Shown here: in pieces, positions 1 to 10,399 of the stretch | How positions within the stretch are numbered: position 1 is the stretch's first letter | Layout of the letters: every line of letters starts with the position of its first letter | Virus record (IMG/VR): IMGVR_UViG_3300001335_000583 | Coordinates: 1 to 64,000 of that record | Direction: 5' to 3' (one strand) | Length of the DNA: 64,000 nucleotides | From: a virus | Lineage: Duplodnaviria; Caudoviricetes | Translations under genes and position numbers: made by a program | Notes under the pieces: model-generated | The model's database searches: none | What the model saw: the letters and a program-made list of their open reading frames with translations, nothing else | What the model was told of the DNA's origin: nothing

Positions 1-1
1 A

Positions 2-142
2 CAAGTATATTCTTTAACTGATTGTACTGCACCTCCAGCATTAAGCGTTTGGAGATTATTTCTCGTGAGTTCTAGTTCTTATTACATAGGATACATAAAC
101 TCTGAAGGAATTTTAAGTACTTTATATGAATATACTCCTTAA
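2..142 (+). CDS. 3' end of an upstream gene (partial, hypothetical)
   Basis: Frame 2 is open from the window edge: QVYSLTDCTAPPALSVW...LYEYTP, TAA at 140-142. Confidence 0.4.
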   Translation, partial: QVYSLTDCTAPPALSVWRLFLVSSSSYYIGYINSEGILSTLYEYTP

Positions 143-210
143 AATATAATTTAGACCGATGAAATATAAATTATAATATTTGATATAAATATTTTAAATA
201 AAATAAAGCT

Positions 211-441
211 ATGAAAAAGAAATGGAAGTAGTTCAGACAAAAGATTGAGAAGTTATGGTACTAGATGGATGGTAAGAAAACTTATGCATCCGCGTTTATG
301 TTATTAACAATCACACTTATTAAATCAATAACACCCGATACTATCCCAGCTGAATTCTATGAAACCCTGAAAGGGATCTTGGAAGTAATGCTGTTTGGGA
401 GCGCATCTCACGGTGTTTATAAAACAATTAAAAAAAAGTAA
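211..441 (+). CDS. holin-like small membrane protein, 76 aa (TAG=Gln)
   Basis: ATG 211 to TAA 439-441 with 2 in-frame TAG (codons 7, 18). GKKTY followed by two hydrophobic segments and a basic tail. Lies upstream of the endolysin-like gene. Missing from the ORF track. Confidence 0.55.
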
Positions 442-443
442 TT

Positions 444-806
444 ATGGAAAGAAAAGGTTTTTTCACTCCTGAACAGGAGAAGTTGATTGCAGATGCTTTG
501 GATTATTTAATCAAGTTTAAGAATCCAATAGTAGAGAAGCTGGATTAGCCGATGTTTTTAATATTGGTTAGAGGAGTAGACAATAAAATCCTGGATGGGA
601 TTAGCCCCAAATGGAAAGAGCTGGTTATTCCCGTGTTGGATGCAGCCCTGGCTAAAGACTATGACAAGTTAAGAAGTGGCGTGGTATTGGCCGTTAACAC
701 CCCTTTAGGAGATGACCTGGAGTTCCTGGTATATGATACCCTGGTCCAGTTTATCATCACTGCAGTAGCTCGTTATACCGACTCTAAAAAAGAAAACGCG
801 GCATGA
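444..806 (+). CDS. hypothetical protein in lysis cassette, 120 aa (TAG=Gln)
   Basis: ATG 444, one in-frame TAG, continues into track ORF 552..806, ends TGA overlapping the next start. Confidence 0.65.
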
Positions 807-1171
807 TCATGAGTGAAGCTGTCTTAACCGCTGTAATAGGGGGAGCAACTTCAATAATAGGAGGATTTGTAGGTTGGTTGATGGGGAGAAGGAAGCAAAA
901 AGCAGAAGCCTCTATATTGGAAATAAAGGGTTTGGATTCTGTAAGGGAGTTTTACGAGAAAGTATTGCAGGATAATCTATCTAAACTGGATTATTACATA
1001 CAACTCTCCGAGGATAACCGTAAAGAACTCCACTCTTTAAGACTCATCGTGGACAGGCTGGTGCAGGATGGTTGCATAAGAAAAGGTTGTACCATCCGTA
1101 TTCCTTACGATGAAGAGGAAGTTAAAAGAATTCTTCATGAAGATGAAGAGTCAACTGGTAAAAAAAAATGA
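803..1171 (+). CDS. membrane-anchored coiled-coil protein (holin/spanin-like)
   Basis: N-terminal TM AVLTAVIGGATSIIGGFVGWLMG then a coiled coil. Its stop overlaps the endolysin ATG. Confidence 0.55.
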   Translation: MIMSEAVLTAVIGGATSIIGGFVGWLMGRRKQKAEASILEIKGLDSVREFYEKVLQDNLSKLDYYIQLSEDNRKELHSLRLIVDRLVQDGCIRKGCTIRIPYDEEEVKRILHEDEESTGKKK

Positions 1172-1596
1172 AACTAACATTGAAACGAAGGTATCTTAAA
1201 GAGGATTACACGATAGGAGATCTGTACTTAAATGGCCAGTTCTTCTGTAATACTTTAGAGGATACCACCCGTGACTTGAATAGAGATGGGAGTTTCAGCA
1301 AGGGGGAACAAAAGGTATACGGCAAAACTAGTATACCTTTTGGTACCTACCAGGTTGTGCTTAACAAATCCCCTAAGTTTAAAAGAGTTCTCCCCAGGCT
1401 TGTAGATGTACCCCACTTTACCGGGATACTTATTCACCGGGGGAATACTGCATAGGACACGGCAGGTTGTATTCTTGTCGGTGAGAATAAACAGAAGGGT
1501 AAAGTCTTAAACTCTACCTATTATGAGAAACACTTGACCCAATTGCTTAAAGAAGCAGTTGCCCGGGGTGAAAAGATTACTATAGAAATACAGTAA
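1168..1596 (+). CDS. DUF5675-type L,D-peptidase-like putative endolysin, 142 aa (TAG=Gln)
   Basis: MKLTLKR...TIGDLY...TLED...IPFGTY...IHRGNTA(TAG)DTAGCILVGEN. The His/Cys motif is complete only on readthrough. TAA 1594-1596. Confidence 0.8.
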
Positions 1597-1640
1597 TTAA
1601 TTACTTTTATTGGGCATCCTGTAGGATGGGAGTTAGTTTA

Positions 1641-1671
1641 TTGTAAAATAGAGTTGGATTACATACTTTTG
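1641..1671 (+). promoter_or_regulatory. Bacteroidota-type sigma-A promoter (TTG-N20-TACTTTTG) for the capsid operon
   Basis: Matches the -33 TTG / -7 TAnnTTTG consensus with a 20-nt spacer, 33 nt before ATG 1704. Confidence 0.6.
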
Positions 1672-1703
1672 TAAATGTTTGAAACATTTAGAAGCTAATT
1701 AAT

Positions 1704-2864
1704 ATGTTGGGAGAAGAATTAAGTATTGATAATATTATTACCGGGGAAGAGGTGGAAGATCTTTTTTCTTCTACATCCCGTGAAGAGCCTGAAAAATAGG
1801 CTGAAACAAAAGACGAGAAAGATACAAAAGAAGAAACTACTGAGGTTAATGCTGATACCTTATTTGGCGATACACCAGAGAGCGTAAGTAGTGAAGAATC
1901 AGAAGATGATAACAATCAGGAAAAGGGAGGTGCCGAGTCTGAAAAAGATAGTGGTGCTTCTCCCCAATCAAGCTTCTACTCTTCCATAGCTACTGCTTTG
2001 AGAGATGAAGGTATCCTCCCTGACCTTGATGATGAAGTTCTGAAAAAGATTAAAGATCCTGAAGATTTTGCCCAGGCTATTGAGAAATAGTTGCAAGCTA
2101 AATTTGAGGAAAGACAGCGAAGAGTTGATGAAGCCTTACAGGCTGGCGTGGAAACTCCCGAGGTAAAACGGTATGAAAACATCTTAGGTTATCTTGACAC
2201 CCTTGAGGGAGACAAGTTAAAAGATGAATCAGAGGAGGGAGAAAACATTCGCAAAAATTTAATCTACCAGGATTTCATTAACAAGGGATTCAGTGAAACC
2301 AGGGCTAAGAGAGAAACAGAAAAATCTTTTAGTGCCGGTACAGATGTAGAGGATGCAACTGAAGCCTTAAACAGTAACAAAGAGTTCTTCCAGAGTAGTT
2401 ACCAGAAACTTATTGATGAAGCTAAGAATGAAGACAAGAAACTCCAGGAGCAGGTTAAAAAGCAATCGGAGGATTTGAAAAAATCCATTCTTAGTGAAGA
2501 CAAGGTATTTGGGGAATTATAGCTGGACAAAAGTACAAGACAGAGGGTTCTGGATAACCTTACCAAACCTATGTTTAAAGATGAAAACGGTCAGTACCTC
2601 ACAGCTCTGCAAAAGGCTGAAAGAGACAACAGGACTAGTTTTCTCAAGAACATGGGAATTGTTTTTACCCTAACCAACGGGTTTAAGGATCTGGACGGTC
2701 TTGTAAAAGGTAGAGTCAAAAAGGAAACAAGGAAAAGCCTGAAGGAATTAGAGCATGTCCTCAGTAACACATCAAGAAATTCAAGTGGTAACTTGACATA
2801 TTTAACTGGTACTGGTGGCGCAGATGATCCTGAATCCAAGATTGGGCTTAAACTTGACATTTAA
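1704..2864 (+). CDS. conserved acidic protein upstream of MCP, putative scaffolding protein, 386 aa (TAG=Gln)
   Basis: ATG 1704, 3 in-frame TAG join track ORFs 2091..2522 and 2571..2864, TAA end. Acidic/helical and immediately upstream of MCP. Confidence 0.7.
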
Positions 2865-2897
2865 CACATAATCTTTAACGGATAAACAACGTAATTT

Positions 2898-5233
2898 ATG
2901 GCACAATTAAGCAAATTTCAGACTTTGACATTTTCACATTGGAAGGGTCAATGAGTCAGGCCCCCCTCATTAGTAATAATGAGGTAAACTTCGAGCAAAA
3001 TCGGTGAAACCTACCAGAACATTTTAGGTAATACCGAGGTAAATTAAAGGTAAAAACTTTAATCACCGTAACGCATAGAGGATGAAACTATGAAAAAAGC
3101 GTTCATTTACATAATAAGGAATACCAAGAATAACAAAGTTTACATCGGACAAACCAAAGTTAATTTGGAAACTAGATGGAAAGAACATGTTAGACATGCT
3201 AAGTATGGGAGATAGCTTATTAACAGAGCAATGAAAAAACATGGTATAGAAAATTTCCAAATGGAGTTAATAGAGGAATGTACAGTAAATGATGTTGATA
3301 GTAGAGAGATATTTTATAAAAAGAAATACAACGCTACTAATTTAAAACTTGGTTATAACATCAGTTTAGGAGGGGAAACTCCTAAATTAAAAAGACCTTG
3401 TTATGATCGTAATGACGCTTTAAAACTTTACAAAGAAAGGAAAAGTCTTGACTATGTCAGTAAACTATTTTGTGTAACAAGATATATACTGAGACAAGAT
3501 TTTGAAAAAGGAGGGGTAAGTATTAGAGATAGATATTTTTATAATAGAAAGTTTAATAGAATCCCAGAGTAGGAGATTTTAGAAAAACTAAATAAAAAAC
3601 TATCTATGAGAAAAGCAGCTAAAGCTTTAAACATTCCCTATTCAACTTTCCGTAAAGCTTGTAAAAATTACAACATAGAATATAATTCCTCCACGAGTGT
3701 TCGACATCCTGAAAAGGATGAAAATGTATGCTGACCTTACAGAATGGTAAATTGTAAGAACTAAGGGATAAAAAGCCTTTAGGATAACATCTGCTGACGA
3801 AAGAAAATCATTTAGGATCTATTTTCAAAGCTGCTCCCCAGAAAGCTACCAATCTTATGGTTTAGCTTTTAGCTTATTATAGGGGAAAAAACCTCGAAAC
3901 TTATTTGTCTCAGTTCCCTGTAAAGGAATTTGAAACTGATGATGAATATACCTGGGAAGTTATTGGTAACTCCCGCAGAAACATCCCTCTCATTGAAGCC
4001 AGAGATGAAGATGGTAATGTTATTACTACCGGCAATGCTGGTGTTGGAGGTGTTCCATTTTTTGTAGTATTCCCAGAAGACTGGTTTGCTGATGGCAACG
4101 TGATCGTGGGTGAGAAGAATGAGGTATATCCTTTGCGTGTTCTGGGAGATGCCAGGATGGAAGGAAGTAACGCGGTTTATAAGGTTGAACTTATGGGCGG
4201 AGTTACTGGTGGTATGCCTGCAGAAGAGCTGGCTGCTTTCAAGAGATTCAGTGTTGAATACTCACCTGTGGAGAAAGAACTCTCTCGTGAAGTTGGTGAT
4301 GTAAGATACACCTCTCCCGTGGCCATGCGTAACGAGTGGTCTACCATTAGAATCAAGCATAAAGTACCTGGTGGTATGCTGGGTAAGAAGCTTGCTGTAG
4401 GTATTCCATTTGTAGATGATGGCGGTAAAAAGATAATTCACAACATGTGGATGCATCATGTAGACTGGACTGTTGAACAAACCTTCGCTGATGAGAAAAA
4501 CAACCTTATCATGTATGGAAGAAGCAACAGGAACAGCAACGGTGAATACATGAACTTTGGTAAATCTGGCAATGTCATCAAGATGGGTGCTGGTATGAGA
4601 GAACAAATGGAAGTAGCCAACGTGCTTTACTACAACAACTTCTCTTTGAAACTCATTGAAGATGCCCTGTATGAACTTTCTGCTTCCAAGCTTGCTATGG
4701 GAGACAGGGTATTTGTTCTTAAAACAGGTGAAAGAGGAGCTGTTAAGTTCCATAAAGCTGTCCTTGAAGATGTATCTGGGTGGACTCTCTTTACCTTTGA
4801 TAACAACTCCATCGGTGCTATCAGTAAAACTACTTCAAAACTTCACTCTAATTCGTTGAGTGCAGGGTTCCAGTTTACCGAGTTTAAAGCTCCCAACGGG
4901 GTAACTGTAAAGGTAGAGGTAGATCCCATGTATGATGATCCTGTAAGAAACAAGGTACTGCATCCTGAGGGTGGGGTAGCTGAATCTTATCGCTTTGATC
5001 TGCTCTACATTGGTTCTATGGATCAACCAAACATCCAGTTGGCCCGTGTCAAGGGGATGCCTGAATTGAGAGGTTACCAGTGGGGTTTGAGAAATCCTTT
5101 TACAGGATAGATCAACAACGATAACATGAGTTATGATGAAGACTCTGCAGTAATTCACAAGATGTGGACAGGGGGAGTATTCATTTTGGATCCAACCAGA
5201 ACTATGTCGATCATTCCGTCAGTTCTAAGATGA
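2898..5233 (+). CDS. major capsid protein, spliced join(2898..2948,3794..5233), 496 aa (TAG=Gln)
   Basis: Exon 1 MAQLSKFQTLTFSHWKG plus exon 2 LTKENHLGSIF...NLMV(TAG)LLAYYRG...EYTWEVIG...RNPFTG(TAG)INNDNMSYDEDSAVIHK. Resembles the crAss-like HK97-fold MCP. TGA 5231-5233. Confidence 0.9.
2949..3793 (+). mobile_element. group I self-splicing intron in the MCP gene (845 nt)
   Basis: Exon ends in U (GGT 2946-2948) and the intron ends in G. IGS GGCCCC, P2 CTCATTA/TAATGAG, P3 TCGAGC/GTTCGA, P4 region AAATCGGTGAA, P7 GCATA/TATGC, P8 CATCC/GGATG, P9 CTTACA/TGTAAG. Removal restores the frame. Confidence 0.9.
3090..3734 (+). CDS. intron-encoded GIY-YIG homing endonuclease, 214 aa (TAG=Gln)
   Basis: MKKAFIYIIRNTKNNKVYIGQT...RWKEH...(TAG)LINRAMKKHGIENF...GYN, with C-terminal HTH-like repeats. 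TAG at 3213 and 3570, TGA 3732-3734. Confidence 0.85.
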
Positions 5234-5244
5234 AGTATATGATC

Positions 5245-5290
5245 AGGGTGGGGGAAGTAACTCTTCCCCTACTCTTTATTTTTTTTTTTA
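5245..5290 (+). terminator. intrinsic terminator after MCP
   Basis: G-rich/C-rich stem (GGGGAAG...CTTCCC) followed by a long T run. Confidence 0.7.
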
Positions 5291-5302
5291 ATTAATTAAT
5301 AT

Positions 5303-6289
5303 TTGGGAGAGTATATGGAAGAGAATTTAGCCCTGGATTTGGAAGACATCCAGGAAAACAAGAAAGTGGTTAAAAAGAGCTCTAGGGCCACGGAGACTAC
5401 TACAGAAGTAAAGAGGGAAAAGGCGGCAGAGCCTGCTGAATTTATATCCTGCCTGAGAAATGAAAAAGTGCTTGTTAAGCATATTCCCAGGGAATCCGGG
5501 ATGGTCAGTAACCCCAAGCATGTGTTTTACGGGGGTATGGCAGAGAATTCAGTGAGGATATTCACAGTTCCTATCCTGGAGAGTAGTGGTTCATTTATGA
5601 ATGTTCTTACAAATGATGAGAAGAATTTTCTTGAAGAGATAATGGGATTGGAATACAATGCTTTATCTATTTACAAGAAGCAAAATAACTTTTGGGCAAA
5701 CTATACGGTGCGCCTGACCAAGGGAGAGAATTACCTGGATTTAAGTAATCCGGATGATTACATTAAATATAAAGTCCTGTTAGCTAACAAGGATTTTATT
5801 GCTGCCTCCCTCAGGGATCTTCAAGACAGGCCCAAGGCTACTTACCAGTTCGTACTGATCATGGAAGAAGAAGAAACCAAACATGCCAGCATGAAGATGA
5901 GTGCCACCATGGAAGCTTACCTTGAATTTGGAAAGCTTCAGGAAGAAACAGACACCCTGAGATTGGTACTGGAAACCCTGGATGGAAGGCCTACTTCACC
6001 CAAAAGCAAACTGGATTTCTTGCAAACACAGGTAAATAAACTGATTCAAAGTAACCCGCAGCTATTTCTTAAAACTGTAAAAGATCCTTTTCTGCCTACA
6101 AAGGTTTTGATCAGGAGATCCATAGAAGCTGGTTTACTTGCCAAAAGAGGGGATTACCTCTATTTAAAATCAGATAACTCCCCATTATGTGAATCAGGAG
6201 AAGATCCTACTTTAAATGTAGCAGCGAAATACCTGAACTCTCCTAAACACCAGGAAGTAAAATTGATGTTGGAAGCTAAACTGAAGTGA
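5303..6289 (+). CDS. conserved post-MCP virion protein (portal-vertex protein-like)
   Basis: CLRNEKV...NPKHVFYGGMAENS... motif and position after MCP as in crAss-like phages. TTG start, alternative ATG 5315. No TAG. Confidence 0.7.
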   Translation: MGEYMEENLALDLEDIQENKKVVKKSSRATETTTEVKREKAAEPAEFISCLRNEKVLVKHIPRESGMVSNPKHVFYGGMAENSVRIFTVPILESSGSFMNVLTNDEKNFLEEIMGLEYNALSIYKKQNNFWANYTVRLTKGENYLDLSNPDDYIKYKVLLANKDFIAASLRDLQDRPKATYQFVLIMEEEETKHASMKMSATMEAYLEFGKLQEETDTLRLVLETLDGRPTSPKSKLDFLQTQVNKLIQSNPQLFLKTVKDPFLPTKVLIRRSIEAGLLAKRGDYLYLKSDNSPLCESGEDPTLNVAAKYLNSPKHQEVKLMLEAKLK

Positions 6290-6290
6290 T

Positions 6291-7067
6291 ATGACTACTA
6301 CTGAATTCTCTAACGAGTTCGACATTTTATACAACAATGTAATGAGCAACAAGGCTCCTGGTCTGGAGGGGTATGAAAAATCCGTGTTCCTGACTAAAGC
6401 TTAGTTGCAAGTAGTGTAGAATCATTTCAATCCTGCAGGTAATAAGTATGGTGCGGGGGCAGATGGTAATCCTAAAAGACAGGTAGAACTATCTGAATTG
6501 ATCGAGGTAGCTGCTCCTACTTTACTGTCTGGAGTTACTCCTTTTGATCGCAGGGGATTACAGTATGCTTTACCTACAGATACCTTGCTTATTCTCAATG
6601 AAACTTTTTCCTGGGAGAAACTTATAGGAGTAGGCGAGCTAGCCACACCTATAATTCTTAACGTGGATTACCAGGTACTTCCTTTAAGCTTTGATGAATA
6701 CTTCCGGTTGATGTTAAAGCCTTATAAAGCCCCCCTGAAAAACCAGGTTTGGAGACTTAGTAAAGATAGGGGTACGGGAGGTAACACGGCTACTACGGAT
6801 ATAATAGTGGAGATCATACCCCACCTGAGCAGTACGGAGGGAAGTAATCCCTTGTACCAGGTAAGGTACGTGAGAACTCCCAATCCTATCATCCTGGAGA
6901 ATCTGGCTGATTTAAGCGTGACCATACAAGGTGTTACAGCTGTTACGGAGTGTGAACTCAATCCAATTGTACACGGGGAGATTTTAGACAGGGCAGTAGA
7001 ACTAGCTAAATCTGCTTACCTGGGTAACCTGCAAAGTACTGTAGAACTTAATAATAGAAATGAATAA
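6291..7067 (+). CDS. tail ring protein paralog 1, 258 aa (TAG=Gln)
   Basis: MTTTEFSNEFDILYNNVMSNKAPGLEGYEKSVFLTKA(TAG)...YVRTPNPIILE...CELNPIVHGEILDRAVELAK. Confidence 0.8.
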
Positions 7068-7834
7068 TGACTACACAAGAATTTTCAAACGCGTTTGACA
7101 CGCTTTTAAACAGTTATAGAGATATTAAAGAGTTTGGTAAAGCAAACAGTGCTTACTCTTTAGAACTGGATGAATACGAGAAATCCATCCTTTTAACCCA
7201 GGCACAGGACATGATTGTCAAATCCTATTTTGACAGGAGTTTGAATCCTCAAGGACAAGGGTTTGATGATACGGAGAGAAGGCAAATTGATTTTTCTGAA
7301 CTCATTAAAGTCAATGAACCTACCCTTCAGGACCCACAATCCACCACTTATGATGACAGGGGGATTCTCTACGAGATGCCTGTAGATATTCTTTTCATGC
7401 TGAATGAAAAGATCGTATCCACTACAGGGGTAGATCCTAATGAAGTAACCAAGTCTTACATAGTGGTTCCTTTGAATTACAAAGAGTATGACAGGTTGAT
7501 GTCCAAGGCATTTGCCCAGCCCCTTAAAAAACAGGCATGGAGACTTTTCCAGACACCTACGGGGGTAGATATGCTTTCTGAACTTATTCCTATCTATGGA
7601 GTACCTATTACTTCCTACAAGATCAGGTATGTAAGAAGGCCCCTGCCTATTGTACTGGCAGATCTTTCCAGTGGTGAATACGCCGGAGGGTTGGATATTG
7701 ATGGAGTCTCTACTGTAAGTGAATGTGAACTTAACAAAGTCGTCCACATGGACATTCTCAACAAAGCTGTTGAACTGGCTTTGAGCAGGGTGGGGGTAGG
7801 AACACCTACCAGACGACAAGATAATCAAGATTAA
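7067..7834 (+). CDS. tail ring protein paralog 2
   Basis: MTTQEFSNAFD...DEYEKSILLTQAQD...YVRRPLPIVL...CELNKVVHMDILNKAVELAL. Clear paralog of its neighbours. Confidence 0.8.
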   Translation: MTTQEFSNAFDTLLNSYRDIKEFGKANSAYSLELDEYEKSILLTQAQDMIVKSYFDRSLNPQGQGFDDTERRQIDFSELIKVNEPTLQDPQSTTYDDRGILYEMPVDILFMLNEKIVSTTGVDPNEVTKSYIVVPLNYKEYDRLMSKAFAQPLKKQAWRLFQTPTGVDMLSELIPIYGVPITSYKIRYVRRPLPIVLADLSSGEYAGGLDIDGVSTVSECELNKVVHMDILNKAVELALSRVGVGTPTRRQDNQD

Positions 7835-7836
7835 TT

Positions 7837-8520
7837 ATGACCTGTGAAGAATTTTCCAACGAGTTTGATACCCTGTTAAATAGCTACAACAAGAGTGCTA
7901 AGTTTGAATCCAAACAAGTCAGTGGGTCCATCGAATTGGATGAATATGAAAAGTCTTCACTTTTAACACAGGCTTAGGAAGAGTTGGTTCTTGAATATTA
8001 CAGCGGTAAGAATCCTTTCAGGGATCATGTAGATAACAAGGAAGAGGTTAGAAGATACCTCAGTCAGCTCGTGAAAGATTACGAGACCACTGTGAAAGTG
8101 TCTGACCTGGATGGTTTAAGCAGCGAATCTTGCTTTTATGAAATTCCTTCAAATACCTGGTTCATTTTATATGAACAGGTTACCTTCTCGGAAGGGGGAA
8201 CAGCTGTAGTAAAACCTGTAACTTACGATACTTACAACTCTTTCTCTAGAAATCCCTTTAAAGGGACCAATAAAAACAGGGCTTTAAGGCTGGATAGTGA
8301 AGACAACATAGTGTAGATTATTCCTGACAGGGGTGTAGATTCTTACTCTATGAGATATATTTCCCAGCCCCTGCCTATTATTTTAACAGACCTCCCCGAT
8401 CTTAGTATCAACGGGGTGAGTAATAAAACAGAATGTGTTTTAAACCCTGCATTGCATAGGAGTATATTAAAAAGAGCTGTTGAGATAGCTTTAAAAAGAT
8501 TCAATGTATCAGGTAATTAA
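7837..8520 (+). CDS. tail ring protein paralog 3, 227 aa (TAG=Gln)
   Basis: MTCEEFSNEFD...DEYEKSSLLTQA(TAG)EE...YISQPLPIIL...CVLNPALHRSILKRAVEIAL, TAA 8518-8520. Confidence 0.8.
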
Positions 8521-8549
8521 ATAATTGTATAATTAAACTTTTTTTTAAA

Positions 8550-9803
8550 ATGGCAACTTTTAGCACAAATCAAGCGAGACAACTTTTTGTAGTAAAAGCT
8601 TATTCAGCAAACGCTGTAACTGAAGCTGATGCGGTGGGAACTGTTTCAGTTCATAGTAATAATGATGATATTTACCTGCTCTATAGAGGAGTAGGAGGTT
8701 TAATGCGGAGTGATCTGATCAAGAAAACCAACATCACTTATGCCAAGGCTACCCCGGCTACTTCCTTGCAAAGATCTTTGAGAAGTAAACTGGTTAGTTT
8801 GGATCCTAACGTGAATGGTGGAGATCCTGTAGCAGGAGAAAATTACCTGCTTAGAATTACTTTCCAGCAGTTCATTGGCCTTAGCCATGAAGATCAGTAT
8901 TTCAAGTATGGAGCCGTAAGAGCTGCTGCAGGTATGACTGCAGACACGTTCTATAAGACCCTGATTGAATCACTGAATCTTAACTTTGCCAGAGAGCTTG
9001 TGCCCTTGCTTTCTTTTAGCCTGTATGGAGATACAGCCAGTGCAGTCCTGGATGATAATGACGGGGTAACTGTTACTGCTGTAGACAACGGTGTGTTGAG
9101 TAATAACATTACCTTCGTTATTGCAGCGGTAGATGCTGTATCTGCATCTGTCACTGTAACTGGCACAGCCATCTCGGTGAGTTTAACCGCTGCTGCTAAA
9201 ACTATAGGTGATCTTAAAGATGTCGTTGAAGCCAGTGCTGAAGCCAGTGCTTTGGTCACTATAGCAGGTGTTAATGCTACAGAAGTGGTAGTAGAATCTT
9301 CTGCAGTAGCATTGACTGGAGGTACTTCAGGAGGTGTAAGAATCGACGAGATTGCTCAGCCTTACTCCAGAGGTAAGAAAGAGTCTGTACCCCTGTTATT
9401 CTATCCCCAGGCTGATATGATTACAGTTACCGGGCAAGAAGTTGTGTGGGGTGTTACCACTGATCTGGATAGTTGGTCATCTGTGACCAGTGCATATCCT
9501 GCAGCTGATATGGAGTATTTCTACATGGGTGAAAGAGGAGACATCTACAGGGGTGTTGGGTTCCCCCATGACCTGGAAACTACCTATCTGGTAGAACTGG
9601 ATAAAGAGTATGCAGCTTTTGATCTGCACTACTTCTACCAGGGAGCCAACGAAGCTGTCCAGAAGTCTGAGAAAGATATCAGCTTGTTGGTAATCAGTGA
9701 TGCTGACGATGGTGAAGCAGGTTCTGACATTATCAACGATGTTATTGAAGATATTAACACTGCTTATGGCAGCACTCTGGTAGCTCTTTTGCCTACTTCG
9801 TAA
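8550..9803 (+). CDS. auxiliary capsid (decoration) protein with internal insertion
   Basis: MATFSTNQARQLFV...RSDLI...FKYGAV...ADMEYFYMGERGDIYRG...FYQGANEAVQKSEKDI motifs of the crAss auxiliary capsid protein. Confidence 0.7.
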   Translation: MATFSTNQARQLFVVKAYSANAVTEADAVGTVSVHSNNDDIYLLYRGVGGLMRSDLIKKTNITYAKATPATSLQRSLRSKLVSLDPNVNGGDPVAGENYLLRITFQQFIGLSHEDQYFKYGAVRAAAGMTADTFYKTLIESLNLNFARELVPLLSFSLYGDTASAVLDDNDGVTVTAVDNGVLSNNITFVIAAVDAVSASVTVTGTAISVSLTAAAKTIGDLKDVVEASAEASALVTIAGVNATEVVVESSAVALTGGTSGGVRIDEIAQPYSRGKKESVPLLFYPQADMITVTGQEVVWGVTTDLDSWSSVTSAYPAADMEYFYMGERGDIYRGVGFPHDLETTYLVELDKEYAAFDLHYFYQGANEAVQKSEKDISLLVISDADDGEAGSDIINDVIEDINTAYGSTLVALLPTS

Positions 9804-9813
9804 TTATAATATT

Positions 9814-9846
9814 AAGGGAGAGAGTCTTTCTCTCCCTTTTTCTTTT
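9814..9846 (+). terminator. intrinsic terminator
   Basis: AAGGGAGAGA-GTCT-TTCTCTCCCTT followed by TTCTTTT. Confidence 0.75.
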
Positions 9847-9854
9847 AATCTAAC

Positions 9855-10385
9855 ATGGGAATTATGATAGAATTTAATGAACTTCATATCAACCAGGAAG
9901 GTACTAAATTAAGCGTGGATGTATCTGTTCTGGATTTACCTTATTTTACAAACATTTACATAGATAAGATAGACATAGATTCCCAAGATACTTATGTGAT
10001 CACAGGTCCCAGTACCACTCCTGTTTATACCCGTACACTTGATGGAAGCAACAAGACTTTACAGCTGGAATTAACCCCGGAGGATCTGGGAGTATCTTTT
10101 GTGGATCACATGTTCTTTGTTTATATTACTGTAAAAGGTACCCCTGCTGAAGACACTCCGGATGATATGGACAGGCCTGTTACCCTGGGGGTAGTGGTTT
10201 ACTTGTATCCTTTCTATGTGAAGATCATGGAATATGCCGGAGAGGTAGATGCAGATTGTGATATATCTAAACGCTTCATGAACTTGCTTTTAAGAATCAA
10301 AGCCCTGGAGCTGTCTATCAACACGGAACATTACACTTTGGCGACATCCTACTGGAATAAACATTTCAAAGGGAAACTCTCCTGA
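9855..10385 (+). CDS. tail hub/collar-type virion protein
   Basis: IEFNELHI...YFTNIYIDKIDIDSQDTY...MFFVYITVKGTP motifs. Synteny after the auxiliary capsid gene. Confidence 0.6.
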   Translation: MGIMIEFNELHINQEGTKLSVDVSVLDLPYFTNIYIDKIDIDSQDTYVITGPSTTPVYTRTLDGSNKTLQLELTPEDLGVSFVDHMFFVYITVKGTPAEDTPDDMDRPVTLGVVVYLYPFYVKIMEYAGEVDADCDISKRFMNLLLRIKALELSINTEHYTLATSYWNKHFKGKLS

Positions 10386-10399
10386 TAAATATCTAAGCT

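Noticed and set aside
8550-9803. Contractile tail sheath protein (ALTGG motif)
   Set aside because: Flanking motifs and synteny match the crAss auxiliary capsid protein, and the tail genes are podovirus-type rings plus muzzle
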